Assembly (NCBI GenBank): GCA_963708135.1
Contig: OY970192.1
Span: 1,184,001 to 1,248,000 of the forward strand
Reading direction: 5' to 3'
DNA length: 64,000 nt
DNA from: an uncultured Gemmatimonadales bacterium
Lineage (GTDB): Bacteria > Gemmatimonadota > Gemmatimonadetes > Longimicrobiales > RSA9
How positions within the stretch are numbered: position 1 is the first letter of the stretch; the number at the start of each line of letters is the position of its first letter. A model generated the notes under the pieces. That model did not search any database. It saw only the letters and a list, made by a program, of their open reading frames with translations, and was not told the origin of the DNA. Position numbers and translations under genes: made by a program. Positions 29,295-42,614 of the stretch are shown here, one piece after another.

Positions 29295-30128
29295 ATGAAC
29301 AAGAGACGGATGTGGATCGTCCTCGCGGTCGCGGCGCTGCTCGGCCTCGCCGCCGCGTTCCTGTCGGCGGACTACGTGCGCTCCTCGCGCACGCCGATCC
29401 TGCCGACCGCGGCGCCCAAGACGCAGGCCGTGGTGGCGGCGCGGGACCTTCCCGTCGGCGCCATCATCAAGCCGGAGGACGTGCGCCTGATCGACTGGCC
29501 CGGCGACCTGCTTCCCGCGGGCTTCGCCTCCAAGCCGGAGCAGGTGGTCGGGCGCGGCGTCATCACGGCCGTGGCGGCCAACGAGCCGCTGCTGCAGTCC
29601 AAGCTGGCGGACAAGGCGTCCGGCGGCGGGCTGCCGATCGTGATCCCCCCCGGGATGCGCGCCATGAGCGTGCGCGTGGACGAGGTGATCGGCGTGGCCG
29701 GCTACGTCGTCCCGGGCACCCGGGTGGACGTGATCCTCACGGTCAAGCCGCCGGGCCCGAACCAGCAGGAGCTCTCGCGCATCGTGCTGCAGAACGTGCG
29801 CGCGCTCGCCTCCGGGCAGATCATCGAGAAGGACCCCGAGGGCAAGCCGATCACCACGCGCGTGGTCACGCTCCAGCTCTCGCCGGAGGAGGCCGAGGCG
29901 CTCGCCCTCGCCTCCAACCAGGGCAAGATCCAGCTCGCGCTGCGCAACGGCCTGGACATGGACTCCGTGAGCACGCCCGGCGTGCAGCTGGCCAATCTCG
30001 TCTCGGGCGCCGTCATGCGGCCCGTGCGGCGTTCCGGGGGCCGGCGCACCACCTCCACCGAGGTGGCGCGCGAGAGCAACGCGGTCGAGGTTTACAAGGG
30101 CGGGCAGCGGACGCTGAAGAAGTTCTAG
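29295..30128 (+). CDS. cpaB: Flp pilus assembly protein CpaB/RcpC
   Basis: SAF domain VVAARDLPVG, GMRAMSV, RVDVILT, LALRN. Confidence 0.92.
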   Translation: MNKRRMWIVLAVAALLGLAAAFLSADYVRSSRTPILPTAAPKTQAVVAARDLPVGAIIKPEDVRLIDWPGDLLPAGFASKPEQVVGRGVITAVAANEPLLQSKLADKASGGGLPIVIPPGMRAMSVRVDEVIGVAGYVVPGTRVDVILTVKPPGPNQQELSRIVLQNVRALASGQIIEKDPEGKPITTRVVTLQLSPEEAEALALASNQGKIQLALRNGLDMDSVSTPGVQLANLVSGAVMRPVRRSGGRRTTSTEVARESNAVEVYKGGQRTLKKF

Positions 30129-30155
30129 CTCAGACACTCAGCTTGGGGGCTCTCC

Positions 30156-31451
30156 ATGGCGAGATCGGCGCGGATGCCGGTTCTTACGCTGCTGTGCACG
30201 CTGGCCGTGACGGGTGCGGCGGCGGCGCAGCAGGTTCTCACCCAGCCGGAGCGGGTGATCACGATCCCGAAGGGGAAGTCCGCGCTGGTCGTCGAGCGCA
30301 ACCCCGTCGAGCGCGTCTCGGTGGCGGATGACAAGATCGCGGACCCGATCCCGGTCTCGCCCACGGAGGTGCTCATCAACGGCAAGGACATCGGGATCAC
30401 CAGCGTGATCGTCTGGTCCAAGACCGGCGGCGTGAGCCTCTACAGCGTGGAGGTGACGGCCGACCCCGAGATCATCAAGCGGCAGATCGAGATGCTCGGC
30501 CCCGACGTGCACATCGACGTCGCGGCCAGCGGCAACACGGTCATCCTCTCCGGCACCGTGGCGCGGCCGACCCTCGCCCGGCGCGCCATCGACATCGCGC
30601 GCGCCAGCGGCGCCAAGACCGTGATCAACAACATCCACGGGCCCTCCGCCTCGCAGGTGCTGCTGAAGGTCCGCTTCGCGGAGATCACCCGCACCGGCTC
30701 GGAGAGCTTCGCCTCCCAGCTCAACGCGCTCAACATCCACGAGCTGCGGCCGGGCGGCCGGGGCACCGACTGGACGACGGAGACCTTCTCCGACGGCCTC
30801 GTGCACCTGTTCCTGTCCGGCGACAACACCTCCTTCGAGGCGATCATCAACGCGCTCCGCAAGAAGGGCGAGTTCCGCGAGCTGGCCGAGCCGACGCTGC
30901 TCGCCCTCGACGGCGACTCCGCCTCCTTCCTGGCCGGCGGCGAGTTCCCCTTCCCGGTCCTTCAGGGCGGCGGGGCCAGCAATGCCGTCACCATCCAGTG
31001 GCGCGAGTTCGGCGTGCGCCTGAACTTCCGCCCCTTCATCACCGATGGCGGCGGCATCCGGCTGCACCTCTCGCCCGAGGTCTCCTCGCTCGACTTCGCC
31101 AACGGCCTCGTGCTGAACGGCTTCCGGATCCCGACCATCCAGACGCGCCGCGCGGAGACCACCGTGGAGCTCCAGGCGGGGCAGCACCTCGCCATCGCGG
31201 GGCTGCTCGACAACAGCCTGACCACGAACGGGACCAAGATCCCGCTGCTCGGCGACCTGCCGATCATCGGCACCTTCTTCCGCTCCAGCGCGAACGACCA
31301 GTCGCGGCGCGAGCTGCTCGTCGTCATCACGCCCGAGATCGTCGAGCCGAGCACCACCATGCCGCCCATGCCGACGGGCGAGCCCTCGACGTGGAAGTGG
31401 CTGCGCGGGCTGCGGCCGCAGGACCTGCCGCAGAACCCCGGTGCCCGGTGA
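30156..31451 (+). CDS. cpaC: Tad secretin CpaC/RcpA
   Basis: QVLLKVRFAE, LAEPTL, FLAGGEFP, IPLLGDLPIIGTFF, ELLVVITP. Confidence 0.92.
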   Translation: MARSARMPVLTLLCTLAVTGAAAAQQVLTQPERVITIPKGKSALVVERNPVERVSVADDKIADPIPVSPTEVLINGKDIGITSVIVWSKTGGVSLYSVEVTADPEIIKRQIEMLGPDVHIDVAASGNTVILSGTVARPTLARRAIDIARASGAKTVINNIHGPSASQVLLKVRFAEITRTGSESFASQLNALNIHELRPGGRGTDWTTETFSDGLVHLFLSGDNTSFEAIINALRKKGEFRELAEPTLLALDGDSASFLAGGEFPFPVLQGGGASNAVTIQWREFGVRLNFRPFITDGGGIRLHLSPEVSSLDFANGLVLNGFRIPTIQTRRAETTVELQAGQHLAIAGLLDNSLTTNGTKIPLLGDLPIIGTFFRSSANDQSRRELLVVITPEIVEPSTTMPPMPTGEPSTWKWLRGLRPQDLPQNPGAR

Positions 31452-31503
31452 AGGGGGAGCACCTGATGCCAGCAATGCAGCGCGCCTCCGGGGAGGAGAG
31501 CGA

Positions 31504-32736
31504 ATGAGCGACCGCCTCATCCGGCTCGGCCTGCTCGTGGAGGACGACTCGATCCACCGGGCCGTGGGCGCGGTGGAGCCCGCGCCCGGCTACGCCCTCG
31601 AGGTGGTGCGGGAGGTCGGCTTCGACCGCCTGCCGTCCATCCAGGCGGCCGCCGGCGAGTTCGCAACCGCCCGCGTGGACATCGCCTTCGTGGACCTCTC
31701 GGCGGACCCGCAGAAGGGCCTCGAGTTCGCCCGCGACCTCGCCGACCTCGACCCCACGATCCTGATCCTGGCCACCGGCCCGGAGCTGCCGCCCGAGCTG
31801 CTGCTGCTCGCCATGCGCGCCGGCATCTCCGAGTACCTGCTCAAGCCCGTCGAGCCCGAGGATGTGGCGGCCGCCCTCGGCCGCCTCTCTCGCCGGCTCG
31901 CCGCGGCCAAGGAGCCCGAAGCCGCGGTGCCCAGCAAGGTGATCGGCTTCCTGCCCGTGAAGGGCGGCACCGGCACCACCACGGCCGCCGTCAACCTGGC
32001 CGTGGCCGTCCACGACGTGAGCGGCGAGAGCACGCTGCTCGTGGACCTCGACCTCGAGCTCGGCGGCACCGCGCTCCTGCTCGGGCTGCGCCCGCGCTTC
32101 AGCGTGCTCGACGTCGCCCGCAACATCCACCGCCTCGACGCCGGCCTCATCGGCACCTACGTCGAGCGTCACGAGTCCGGGCTGCACGTGCTCGCCGCCC
32201 CCATGCGGCCGGAGCGCTCCGATGTGGTGGCGGGCGACGAGCTGGCCAAGATCCTCCTGCTGCTGCGCACCCACTACCGCTACATCATCCTCGACCTGTC
32301 GAAATCGCTCTCGCCGATGACGCTGGCGGCCGTGCAGGAGGCCGACCTCGTCGTCGCCGTCACCACCGCCGACCTGCCGTCCCTGGGCAGCCTCAAGCGC
32401 CTGCTGCCGATCCTCGGTCGTGGCGCCGGCAAGGCCAACCCGCACCTGCGCGTGGCGCTCAACCGCTACGTGCCCGACGGCCCGGTCACGCTGGACGACA
32501 TCCGCACCCTGCTCGACATGCACATCCACTGGGTGCTGAGCAACGACTATCAGGCGCTGATCGGCGCCGCCAACGAGGGCCGTCCGCTCCTGCTCGGACG
32601 CTCCTCCTCCCCCTACGCCCGCGACGTCGGCAAGATGGCGGAGGAGATCGTCGGCGAGGGCGCGCGCGTGTCCGAGAACGGAAAGAAGCCGGCGGGCGCG
32701 CTCAAGCGCCTCTTCGGCCGCAGGAGCTCGAGCTAG
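31504..32736 (+). CDS. cpaE: CpaE/TadZ pilus localisation ATPase (REC-like + MinD-like)
   Basis: [23 protein letters not shown]. Confidence 0.88.
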   Translation: MSDRLIRLGLLVEDDSIHRAVGAVEPAPGYALEVVREVGFDRLPSIQAAAGEFATARVDIAFVDLSADPQKGLEFARDLADLDPTILILATGPELPPELLLLAMRAGISEYLLKPVEPEDVAAALGRLSRRLAAAKEPEAAVPSKVIGFLPVKGGTGTTTAAVNLAVAVHDVSGESTLLVDLDLELGGTALLLGLRPRFSVLDVARNIHRLDAGLIGTYVERHESGLHVLAAPMRPERSDVVAGDELAKILLLLRTHYRYIILDLSKSLSPMTLAAVQEADLVVAVTTADLPSLGSLKRLLPILGRGAGKANPHLRVALNRYVPDGPVTLDDIRTLLDMHIHWVLSNDYQALIGAANEGRPLLLGRSSSPYARDVGKMAEEIVGEGARVSENGKKPAGALKRLFGRRSSS

Positions 32737-32746
32737 GAGTCGCGTG

Positions 32747-34200
<1,454 letters not shown>

Positions 34201-34204
<4 letters not shown>

Positions 34205-35169
34205 GCGTCTATCTGCCGCTCGGCCTCATCTTCATCGCCGTCATGGTCGGCACGCTCGCGCTCGCGTTCGGCCTCGAGCAGCTCCGCATGCGCCGGCACC
34301 GCCGCTCCCTCGCCGAGCGCCTCGACGACCTCCAGGGCGAGGTTGCCCAGGGCCCCGGCATCGACGTCCGCCGCAGGGCGGGGAACTCGACGCCCCTCGT
34401 CGCCGCGCTCGCCGGCCGCTTCCCGGGCCTGCTCTCCATCGGCCTCATGCTCGAGCAGGCCGACCTGAGCTGGACCGTGCAGACCTTCCTCGTGCTCAGC
34501 GCCGGCTTCGCCCTCGGCCTCGGCACCGTGCTGCTCCTGCTGGGCCGCTCCGTTCTCGTCGGCGCCATCGGCGCGGCCGTTGGCTCGCTCCTGCCGTTCC
34601 TCTACGTGCGCCACGCGCGGGGCAAGCGCATGCGCCGCTTCGAGGAGCTGCTCCCCGAGGGCATCGACCTCATGGGACGCGCGCTGCGCGCCGGCCACCC
34701 CTTCACCGCCGGCATCAAGCTGGTGGGCGAGGAGAGCGCGCCGCCCGTCTCGACGGAGTTCCAGCGCCTGTTCGAGGAGCAGCGCTTCGGCATGCCGCTG
34801 CCGGATGCCCTGCTCGGGCTCGCCGACCGCATTCCCAGCCTGGACGTCCGCATCTTCATCACGGCCGTCCTGATCCAGCGCGAGGTCGGCGGCAACCTGG
34901 CCGAGGTGCTCGACAAGCTCGGCTACACCATCCGCGAGCGCTTCCGCATCCGCCGCGAGATCCGCACGCGCACCGCCCAGGGCCGCATGACCGGCTACCT
35001 CCTGGCCGTGCTGCCCTTCGCCGCCGCGGCGCTGCTCTTCACGATCAACCCGCACTACATGATGCCGCTCTTCAAGGAGCGGCTCGGGCACGTCATGATC
35101 GCCTTCGCGCTGATCCTCCAGATGATCGGCTTCGTCTGGATCAAGAAGATCGTGGACATCGACGTCTAG
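34201..35169 (+). CDS. tadB: TadB inner-membrane platform protein
   Basis: [25 protein letters not shown]. Confidence 0.92.
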
Positions 35170-35181
35170 GAGATCCACGAG

Positions 35182-36117
35182 ATGATTTACCTCATTGCCG
35201 CGCTCGTCGGCGGCTCGGTTATCCTGCTCACGCTGGCCATTGCGGCCGCGCTGCCCGGCCGCCCGCGCGCCGTCACGCAGCGCCTGGCCGAGCTCCAGCG
35301 CTACGGCAACGACTCCTTCGGCGGCGAGCACCAGCGCCGCCGCGCCGAGCGCCGCCAGCAGCTCGCCGGCCTGCTCAAGGAGCTCGGCACGCGCTTCCGC
35401 CGCGAGGGCGCGGACGATCCCGAGGTCCGCGACCTGCTCGTGCAGGCCGGCTACCGCGGCCCGAACGCGGGCGCCATCTACTGGGGCGTCCGTCTCGGCA
35501 GCGCGGCCGTGCTCGGCATCGTGGTGCTCGCCATGCAGGCGGCGCTCGGCGCCAGCGCGGGCCGCCTGCTGCTCACCGGCATCACGGCCGCCGGGTTCGG
35601 CTGGGTCCTGCCCGCCTACCGGGTGGGGGTCAAGCGCCGCAAGCGCATGACCCGGCTCCAGAAGGCGCTCCCCGACGCCCTCGACCTGCTGGTCGTGTGC
35701 GTGGAGGCCGGACTCGGCCTGAACCAGGCGCTCGTTCGCGTGGCCGACGAGATCCGCCACGTCAGCAGCGAGCTCAGCGACGAGCTCACGCTCGTCAACC
35801 TCGAGATCCGCTCCGGCATCGAGCGCGAGGCCTCGCTGCGCCACCTGGCCGAGCGCACGGGCGTGGACGACATCCGCTCCCTGTCCACCATCCTGATCCA
35901 GACGGAGCGCTTCGGGACCTCGGTGGCCACCGCGCTGCGCACGCAGGCCGACACCATGCGCATGATCCGCCGCCAGCGCGCGGAGGAGCAGGCGGCCAAG
36001 GCCACGATCAAGATCGTGCCGCCGCTCGTCTTCTTCATCTTCCCGGCCATCTTCATCACCATCCTGGGGCCGGCGGGGATCCAGCTGATCCAGTTCTTCA
36101 GGGACCTGAACCAGTGA
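35182..36117 (+). CDS. tadC: TadC inner-membrane platform protein
   Basis: LPDALDLLVVCVEAGLGL, QTERFGTS, AEEQAAK. Confidence 0.92.
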   Translation: MIYLIAALVGGSVILLTLAIAAALPGRPRAVTQRLAELQRYGNDSFGGEHQRRRAERRQQLAGLLKELGTRFRREGADDPEVRDLLVQAGYRGPNAGAIYWGVRLGSAAVLGIVVLAMQAALGASAGRLLLTGITAAGFGWVLPAYRVGVKRRKRMTRLQKALPDALDLLVVCVEAGLGLNQALVRVADEIRHVSSELSDELTLVNLEIRSGIEREASLRHLAERTGVDDIRSLSTILIQTERFGTSVATALRTQADTMRMIRRQRAEEQAAKATIKIVPPLVFFIFPAIFITILGPAGIQLIQFFRDLNQ

Positions 36118-36491
36118 AGCGCGTTCGCGTCGAGAATCCGGCGAGGGGCACCGTCCTGGGCTCCTCGATCATGCTGGCGGAGTCGTCGTGGAACCGGCTG
36201 CGCGGCATGCTCGGCCGGGCCGCGCCCTCGGCCGGCGAGGGGCTGCTCCTCGCCCCGTGCCGCGGCGTCCACATGTACGGCATGCGCTACCCGCTCGACG
36301 TGCTCTTCCTCGACCAGGAGGGCGGCGTCGTCGCCGTCTATCCCGCGCTTCCCCCCGGCACACGCACTCCGCTGGTCCGCGGCGCCGCCTTCGCCCTCGA
36401 GCTGCCCGTGGGCACCGTCGAGGCGAGCGGCACCTCCGTGGGCGATTCCCTCTCCTGGACGCCGTCCAACGGCGGCGCGCCCGTCCGCTAG
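36114..36491 (+). CDS. DUF192 family protein
   Basis: GTG overlaps tadC stop; RLRGMLGR, VHMYGMRYPLDVLFLD, LELPVG. Confidence 0.82.
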   Translation: MKRVRVENPARGTVLGSSIMLAESSWNRLRGMLGRAAPSAGEGLLLAPCRGVHMYGMRYPLDVLFLDQEGGVVAVYPALPPGTRTPLVRGAAFALELPVGTVEASGTSVGDSLSWTPSNGGAPVR

Positions 36492-36505
36492 CGAGCGAGG
36501 AAGTC

Positions 36506-37891
36506 ATGGAGCACGCAGTCGCGACGCCGTACAGGTCCGCCGCCGGGCCGCCCGTGCCGGACTCGGTCGCCGACACGGGGCTGACGCCCGAGGCGATCAC
36601 GGACCTGCTGCTCAAGATCCTCTACGTCCAGGGCGCTCGCACGGGCAACCAGCTCATGGATGTGATCTGTCTGCCGTTCCCGATCGTGGACGACCGGCTG
36701 CTCGACCTCCAGCAGCGCCGCTTCGTCGAGGTGCGCGGCACCGTCGGCGCCGGCCGCGAGGGCTACACCTTCGACCTGACCTCCGGCGGCCGCGAGCGCG
36801 CCCGCGAGGCCATGGAGTCGAGCCAGTACGCGGGGGCCGCCCCCGTGCCGCTCTCCATGTACCGCGAGTGGCTCGAGCGCGAGAGCATCCTGGGCGTGCA
36901 CGTCACCAAGAGCCGGATCCGCGAGGGATTCCCCGACATGGTGCTCGACGAGCACATGTTCGGCCTGCTCGGGCCCGCCATCAACTCCGCCAGCTCGCTG
37001 TTCCTCTACGGCGAGCCCGGCAACGGCAAGACCATGATCGCCGAGACCATCGCCCGCCTGCTCGGCGGCGACGGCGGCATCTGGGTCCCCTACGCCGTCG
37101 AGCTCGACGGCCAGATCATCATCGTCTACGACCCGGTCCACCACCGCCGCATCGAGGAGGCGGGCCAGAGCGATGCGGAGCCCGGCAGCGTGGAGTCGCT
37201 GCTGCTGCGCAGGACCGGCGGCGCGGACCGCCGCTTCGTGCGCATCCGCCGCCCCGTCGTCATCACCGGCGGCGAGCTGACGCTCGAACAGCTCGACCTG
37301 CAGTACGACGCCAGCACGAAGATGTACCAGGCGCCGTTCCAGGTGAAGGCGAACGGCGGCGTGCTGATCATCGACGACTTCGGCCGCCAGCGCGTGCCGC
37401 CGGGGCAGCTCCTGAACCGCTGGATCGTGCCGCTCGAGAAGCGGCGCGACTACCTGACGATGCACACCGGCGTCAAGTTCCCGGTGCCCTTCGACACGCT
37501 GGTCATCTTCGCCACCAACCTGGACCCGAACGACCTCGTGGATGAGGCCTTCCTGCGCCGCATCCACTACAAGATCAGGGTGCCCGGCCCGGGCCGGCAG
37601 TCCTTCGAGGAGATCTTCCGCCGCGTCTGCGGCGACCGCGGCATCCCCTACGACGCGGCCGCGGTGCAGTTCATCTACTCGAAGTACTACGAGGGGCACG
37701 GCATCGAGCCGCGCGGCTGCCATCCGCGCGACATCGCCGACCACATCCTCGACTTCGCCCGCTACCACGAGCGCGATCCGCGCCTCGACAGCGACCTCGT
37801 GGACGAAGCCTGCGAGTCCTACTTCCTCATCATGGCGGCGGATGCCATGAAGCAGGCGGCGGGGCCCGGCATCCACGGCCTGCACGGCTGA
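36506..37891 (+). CDS. Tad-associated AAA+ ATPase of unknown function
   Basis: [15 protein letters not shown] Walker [21 protein letters not shown]. Confidence 0.8.
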   Translation: MEHAVATPYRSAAGPPVPDSVADTGLTPEAITDLLLKILYVQGARTGNQLMDVICLPFPIVDDRLLDLQQRRFVEVRGTVGAGREGYTFDLTSGGRERAREAMESSQYAGAAPVPLSMYREWLERESILGVHVTKSRIREGFPDMVLDEHMFGLLGPAINSASSLFLYGEPGNGKTMIAETIARLLGGDGGIWVPYAVELDGQIIIVYDPVHHRRIEEAGQSDAEPGSVESLLLRRTGGADRRFVRIRRPVVITGGELTLEQLDLQYDASTKMYQAPFQVKANGGVLIIDDFGRQRVPPGQLLNRWIVPLEKRRDYLTMHTGVKFPVPFDTLVIFATNLDPNDLVDEAFLRRIHYKIRVPGPGRQSFEEIFRRVCGDRGIPYDAAAVQFIYSKYYEGHGIEPRGCHPRDIADHILDFARYHERDPRLDSDLVDEACESYFLIMAADAMKQAAGPGIHGLHG

Positions 37892-37910
37892 CCGGGCGGA
37901 CGAGCCGAGC

Positions 37911-38969
37911 ATGCGTGAACGTGATCTGCTGAGCAGCCGGATCCTGGTCGTCGACGACGACCCGCAGAACCTGCGCTACATCTCGCGCATCCTGGCGGAG
38001 GCCGGCTACACGGGCGTGAAGACCACGCCCGAGCCGCGCCAGGTGCTGCCGATCTTCGCGGAGTTCCGGCCCGACCTCATCCTCATCGACCTGCACATGC
38101 CGGAGATGGACGGCTTCGAGGTCATCGAGGCGCTCCGCCCCTGGATCCCCGAGGAGTCCTTCCTGCCCCTGCTCGTGCTCACCGGCGACGGCTCGCCCGA
38201 GAACAAGGAGCGCGCGCTCGACAGCGGCGCCATGGACTTCCTGACCAAGCCGTTCAACGCCTCCGAGGCCCGGCTCCGCATCCGCAACCTGCTCGCCACC
38301 CGCCACCTGCACCTCCAGCTCCAGGACCACAACCGCGAGCTCGAGGAGAGGGTGGCCGAGCGCACGGTCGAGCTCGAGCGCGCCCGCATCGAGATCCTCG
38401 AGCGCCTCGCGCGCGCCGCCGAGTACCGCGACGACGACACCGGCGAGCACACCCGCCGCGTGGGCGAGCTCTCCGCCGCCATCGGCCGCGTCCTCGGCTG
38501 CCCCGACGACGAGGTCGAGCTGCTCGCCCGCGCCGCGCCGCTGCACGACATCGGCAAGATCGGTATCCCGGACGCCATCCTCCTCAAGCCGGCCAAGCTC
38601 TCCGGCGAGGAGTTCGAGGTCATGCGCTCCCACACCACCATCGGCGCGCGCATCCTCTCCGGCAGCGACGTGGGGCTCCTGCGCCTCGCCTCCTCCATCG
38701 CGCTCACGCACCACGAGCGCTGGGACGGCGGCGGCTACCCCGAGGGCATCTCCGGCGAGGGGATCCCCCTCGTCGGGCGCATCGTCTCCGTGGCCGACAT
38801 CTACGACGCCCTCACCCACAGCCGCCCCTACAAGCCCGCGTGGGCCGTGGCCGACGCCGTCGCCGAGATCCGCGCCCAGGCCGGACGCCAGCTCGACCCC
38901 GGCGTCGTCGAGGCCTTCCTCTACATCCAGGAGCGCCGCGTGCCCGCGGGCGCCAACGGACGTGGCTGA
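37911..38969 (+). CDS. REC + HD-GYP c-di-GMP phosphodiesterase (RpfG-like)
   Basis: [27 protein letters not shown]. Confidence 0.92.
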   Translation: MRERDLLSSRILVVDDDPQNLRYISRILAEAGYTGVKTTPEPRQVLPIFAEFRPDLILIDLHMPEMDGFEVIEALRPWIPEESFLPLLVLTGDGSPENKERALDSGAMDFLTKPFNASEARLRIRNLLATRHLHLQLQDHNRELEERVAERTVELERARIEILERLARAAEYRDDDTGEHTRRVGELSAAIGRVLGCPDDEVELLARAAPLHDIGKIGIPDAILLKPAKLSGEEFEVMRSHTTIGARILSGSDVGLLRLASSIALTHHERWDGGGYPEGISGEGIPLVGRIVSVADIYDALTHSRPYKPAWAVADAVAEIRAQAGRQLDPGVVEAFLYIQERRVPAGANGRG

Positions 38970-41631
38970 GGGGGACCGCATGCGCGACGCCGCCGTCCGC
39001 GACTTCTGGGGACCCGCCCGGTTCTGGAACGCCGTCCTCGACATCGACGCCCGCACGCCGGAGGAGCGCCTGCGCGCCGCCGTCCGCGTGCTCGCCGGGC
39101 CCGCCCTCACCTTCGTCGCGCTCACCGCCGTCGAGCAGACCGGGGCCTCTTTCGCGCCCGGCGCCATCCTGCTGCTCCTGCTCGGCGTGGCGTACGCCTC
39201 GGCCTACGGCGGCCTCGTCTCCGGGCTGCTCAGCGCCGCCGTCATCTCCTGGAAGTACGCCTTCCTGCTGTTCCCGGCGCGCGCGCCGATCTCGGGCGGC
39301 GGGGACCTCCGCTTCCTCTTCACGCTGGCCGTGCTCGCGCCCGTCGTCGCCTTGCTGCGCACCTCGATCCGCGGGCTGCTCGGGCGCTGGGCCCCGGCGG
39401 CCGGCGACAGCCCGGCCCTGGTGCCGGAGAGCGCCGAGACGCGCGCGATCCGCTACGACGCCTTCCTGGCGGAGGCCAGCGCGCTGATCGACATGTCGCT
39501 CGGGTTCGAGGCCATGCTGGAGCGGACCTCCTCGCTGGCCGTCCCCGAGCTCGCCGACTGGTGCGCCATCTACCTCGACCACGAGGGCGAGCTCCGGCGC
39601 GTCCACGTCGGCCACCCCGAGCTCGAGTCCGCGGAGGCGCTCGAGCACGCGCTGCGCAACCTCCCGCTCACGCTCAACCGGCACCATCCGCTGGAGCGCG
39701 TCCGCGACGTGGCGCGCAGCGGCGCGAGCGAGCTGATCCGCTCCATCTCCTGGGCCGCCTTCGAGACCGCCGGCCGGACCCCGGCCGAGCGCAACCTGCT
39801 GCACGGCCTCACGCCGCGGCAGCTCCTGCTCGTGCCCCTCGTCTCCCGCGGCCGAATCACCGGCGCGATGGCCTTCGCCGCCGCGATGCCGGAGCGCGAG
39901 TACGCCATCGCGGAGCGGCGCCTCGCCGAGGAGTTCTGCCGCCGCGTCGCGCTCGCCATCGAGAACACCAGCCTGTTCCAGAGCGCGCTCGCCTCGCGCG
40001 CCGAGGCGGAATCCGCGCGCCAGCAGATGGTCGGCATCCTCGAGGGCTTCTCCACCGCCTTCTTCGCGCTCGACCGGGATGGCCGCTTCACCTACGTCAA
40101 CGGCGAGGGGGAGAAGCTGATCGGCCGCGCGCGCAGCGACATCCTGGGGCGCGAGATCTGGTCCGTGCTCCCCGAGCGTCCGCCCGCCTCGCCGCTCTAC
40201 CGCGCGTTCCGCAAGGCCGCCGAGACCGGCGCCGTCACCTCGACCGAGTTCCGCTCCAGCTGGACCGATGCGCGCCGCTGGCTCGAGGTCCACCTCGCCC
40301 CCACGCCCGAGGGCATGGCCGTCCACTGCCGCGACATCACCGAGCGCCGCGAGATGGAGGAGGCGCTCCGCCAGAGCGAGGAGCAGCTCCAGCACTCCCA
40401 GAAGATGGAGGCCATCGGCCGCCTCGCCGGCGGCGTGGCCCACGACTTCAACAACATGCTCATGTCCATCTCGGGCTACACCGAGCTCCTGCTGCTGCGC
40501 GCGGGGCCCGAGTCCGAGCTCCGCGAGGACCTCGAGGAGATCCGCCGCGCCACCGACCGCGCCATCGGCCTCACGCGCCAGCTCCTCAGCTACAGCCGCA
40601 AGCAGGTGCGCCAGCCGCAGCGCATCAACCTGAACTCCATCGTCACCGACCTGCAGCGCTCGCTGCTGCGCCTGCTCGGCGACGACGTGGCGCTCACTGT
40701 CCGCAGCGACGGCAACGGCGCCTGGATTCACGCCGATCCCGGCCAGGTCGAGCAGGTCATCCTCAACCTGGCCGTGAACGCCCGCGACGCCATGCCCGAG
40801 GGCGGCACGCTCACCCTCTCGATCGACTCCGCCCGCCTCGACGGCAGCCGCTCCTCCGCCTCGCTGCTCGATGCCGTTGCCGCCGGTGACTACGTCGAGC
40901 TCCGCGTGAGCGACTCCGGCGCGGGCATCGACCCCCAGGTCCTGCCGCACATCTTCGAGCCTTTCTTCACCACCAAGGAGCAGGGGAAGGGGACCGGCCT
41001 CGGGCTGGCCACCGTGTACGGCATCGTGCGCCAGAACGGCGGCACGATCGCCGTCGGCTCGGTTCGCGGCGAGGGCACCACGTTCCGCGTCTACTTCCCG
41101 GTCTGCGCGCAGGAGGAGGCGGGAATGCTCGTGAGCCCGCGTCCGCGCCCGAGCGAGGCCGCCGACGCCGACGAGCGGTACGCCCGGCCCGCGCCGCCGG
41201 CCGCCGCGCCCGGGAAGAAGAAGCGGGCCGCGAAGAAGACGCCGGGCGCGGTGATCCTCGTGGCCGAGGACGAGCCGAGCGTGCGCAAGTTCGTCTGCGG
41301 CGTGCTCGGGCGTGAGGGCTACCAGGTGCTGGAGGCCAGAAACGGCCTCGAGGGCGTGGCCGTCTCGCAGCGCCACCAGAAGATCGACCTGCTGCTGACC
41401 GATGTCATGATGCCCGAGATGGGCGGCCGCGAGCTGGCCAACCGGCTCACGATGGCGCGCCCGGAGCTGCGCATCGTGTTCATGTCCGGCTATGCCGAGA
41501 ACGAGATCGCCCACCAGGGCGAGCTCGATCCCGGCTGCGTCCTGCTCGAGAAGCCGTTCTCCGCCGGCGTCCTGCTCGAGACGCTGGCGCGCGTGCTCGC
41601 CGGCGCCCCCGCGCGGGCCGGCGCGTCCTGA
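38962..41631 (+). CDS. Hybrid sensor kinase (TM-GAF-PAS-HisKA-HATPase-REC)
   Basis: [28 protein letters not shown]-terminal REC (LLTDVMMP). Confidence 0.92.
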   Translation: MAEGDRMRDAAVRDFWGPARFWNAVLDIDARTPEERLRAAVRVLAGPALTFVALTAVEQTGASFAPGAILLLLLGVAYASAYGGLVSGLLSAAVISWKYAFLLFPARAPISGGGDLRFLFTLAVLAPVVALLRTSIRGLLGRWAPAAGDSPALVPESAETRAIRYDAFLAEASALIDMSLGFEAMLERTSSLAVPELADWCAIYLDHEGELRRVHVGHPELESAEALEHALRNLPLTLNRHHPLERVRDVARSGASELIRSISWAAFETAGRTPAERNLLHGLTPRQLLLVPLVSRGRITGAMAFAAAMPEREYAIAERRLAEEFCRRVALAIENTSLFQSALASRAEAESARQQMVGILEGFSTAFFALDRDGRFTYVNGEGEKLIGRARSDILGREIWSVLPERPPASPLYRAFRKAAETGAVTSTEFRSSWTDARRWLEVHLAPTPEGMAVHCRDITERREMEEALRQSEEQLQHSQKMEAIGRLAGGVAHDFNNMLMSISGYTELLLLRAGPESELREDLEEIRRATDRAIGLTRQLLSYSRKQVRQPQRINLNSIVTDLQRSLLRLLGDDVALTVRSDGNGAWIHADPGQVEQVILNLAVNARDAMPEGGTLTLSIDSARLDGSRSSASLLDAVAAGDYVELRVSDSGAGIDPQVLPHIFEPFFTTKEQGKGTGLGLATVYGIVRQNGGTIAVGSVRGEGTTFRVYFPVCAQEEAGMLVSPRPRPSEAADADERYARPAPPAAAPGKKKRAAKKTPGAVILVAEDEPSVRKFVCGVLGREGYQVLEARNGLEGVAVSQRHQKIDLLLTDVMMPEMGGRELANRLTMARPELRIVFMSGYAENEIAHQGELDPGCVLLEKPFSAGVLLETLARVLAGAPARAGAS

Positions 41632-41639
41632 CCCGCTCG

Positions 41640-42614
41640 GTGCTGGAGGAGACCGTGCCGCCTCGGCTCCCTCTGGACCGCGCCAGGATTCCCGCCCGGG
41701 TCCTCGCGCTGACCGCTGCCGGCCTGCTCGCCGCCCTGTTCGGAACCCTGCTCGTTCCCGGCTCCTGGCTGCAGTACGCCTTCCTGCTCTGGCTCGGCGC
41801 CCTGCTGCCGCCGTTCCTGCTCGCGTACTACCGCGGCCTCTCCGGCGCCGCCATCGGGTTCCTGCTCGGGATCACCGCCCTGGCCGGCGCCCAGGTGCTC
41901 GCCCTCACGCTCGGCTTCACGCCGCCCCGCTGGCCGCTCTTCGTCGTCGTCGCCATGGCGCTCGTGCTCGTGGCCGGCGCCACCGGCATCGTGGCGGAGC
42001 TGCTGCACCGCGACCGCGAGCGCGCCCTCTCGCTCGCCTTCACGGACGACCTCACCGGCCTGCCGAACCGGCGCTTCGCCCGGATGTTCCTCGAGCACGA
42101 GGTCGCCGCCGCCGTGCGCGGCCGGCCGCTCGTGGTCGTGCTCTTCGACCTCGACGACTTCAAGGGCTACAACGACCGCCACGGCCATGCCGCCGGCGAC
42201 CTCGCGCTGCGCGCCTTCGCCGAGTGCCTCTCCCACACGACCCGGCGCATGAACGTCTCCGCCCGCTACGGCGGCGAGGAGTTCCTCTCGATCCTCTCGG
42301 GCTCCGAGGTCGAGGGCGCGCTCACCTTCGTCGAGCGCGTGCGCGTCGCGACGGAGCGGATGGAGCTGGCGCGCGCCGACCACGTCACCGTCAGCGCCGG
42401 CGTCGTCGCCTTCGACGCCTGGATGAGCGGGATGGACGACCTCATCTCCGCCGCCGACCGCGCGCTCTATCACGCCAAGACCCAGGGACGCAACCGCGTG
42501 GTGGTCGCCTCGCCCGACCGCGCGCTGGCCGTCGCGGGCACCCGCCCGGAGCCGGCCTGCGCGCCGCCCGGCGAGCAGCGCTTCAACGTCGAACAGGAAG
42601 AGGTGGAATCGTGA
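41640..42614 (+). CDS. Membrane-bound diguanylate cyclase (GGEEF)
   Basis: N-terminal TMs; DDLTGLPNRR, DLDDFK, RYGGEEF, GRNRV. Confidence 0.9.
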   Translation: MLEETVPPRLPLDRARIPARVLALTAAGLLAALFGTLLVPGSWLQYAFLLWLGALLPPFLLAYYRGLSGAAIGFLLGITALAGAQVLALTLGFTPPRWPLFVVVAMALVLVAGATGIVAELLHRDRERALSLAFTDDLTGLPNRRFARMFLEHEVAAAVRGRPLVVVLFDLDDFKGYNDRHGHAAGDLALRAFAECLSHTTRRMNVSARYGGEEFLSILSGSEVEGALTFVERVRVATERMELARADHVTVSAGVVAFDAWMSGMDDLISAADRALYHAKTQGRNRVVVASPDRALAVAGTRPEPACAPPGEQRFNVEQEEVES

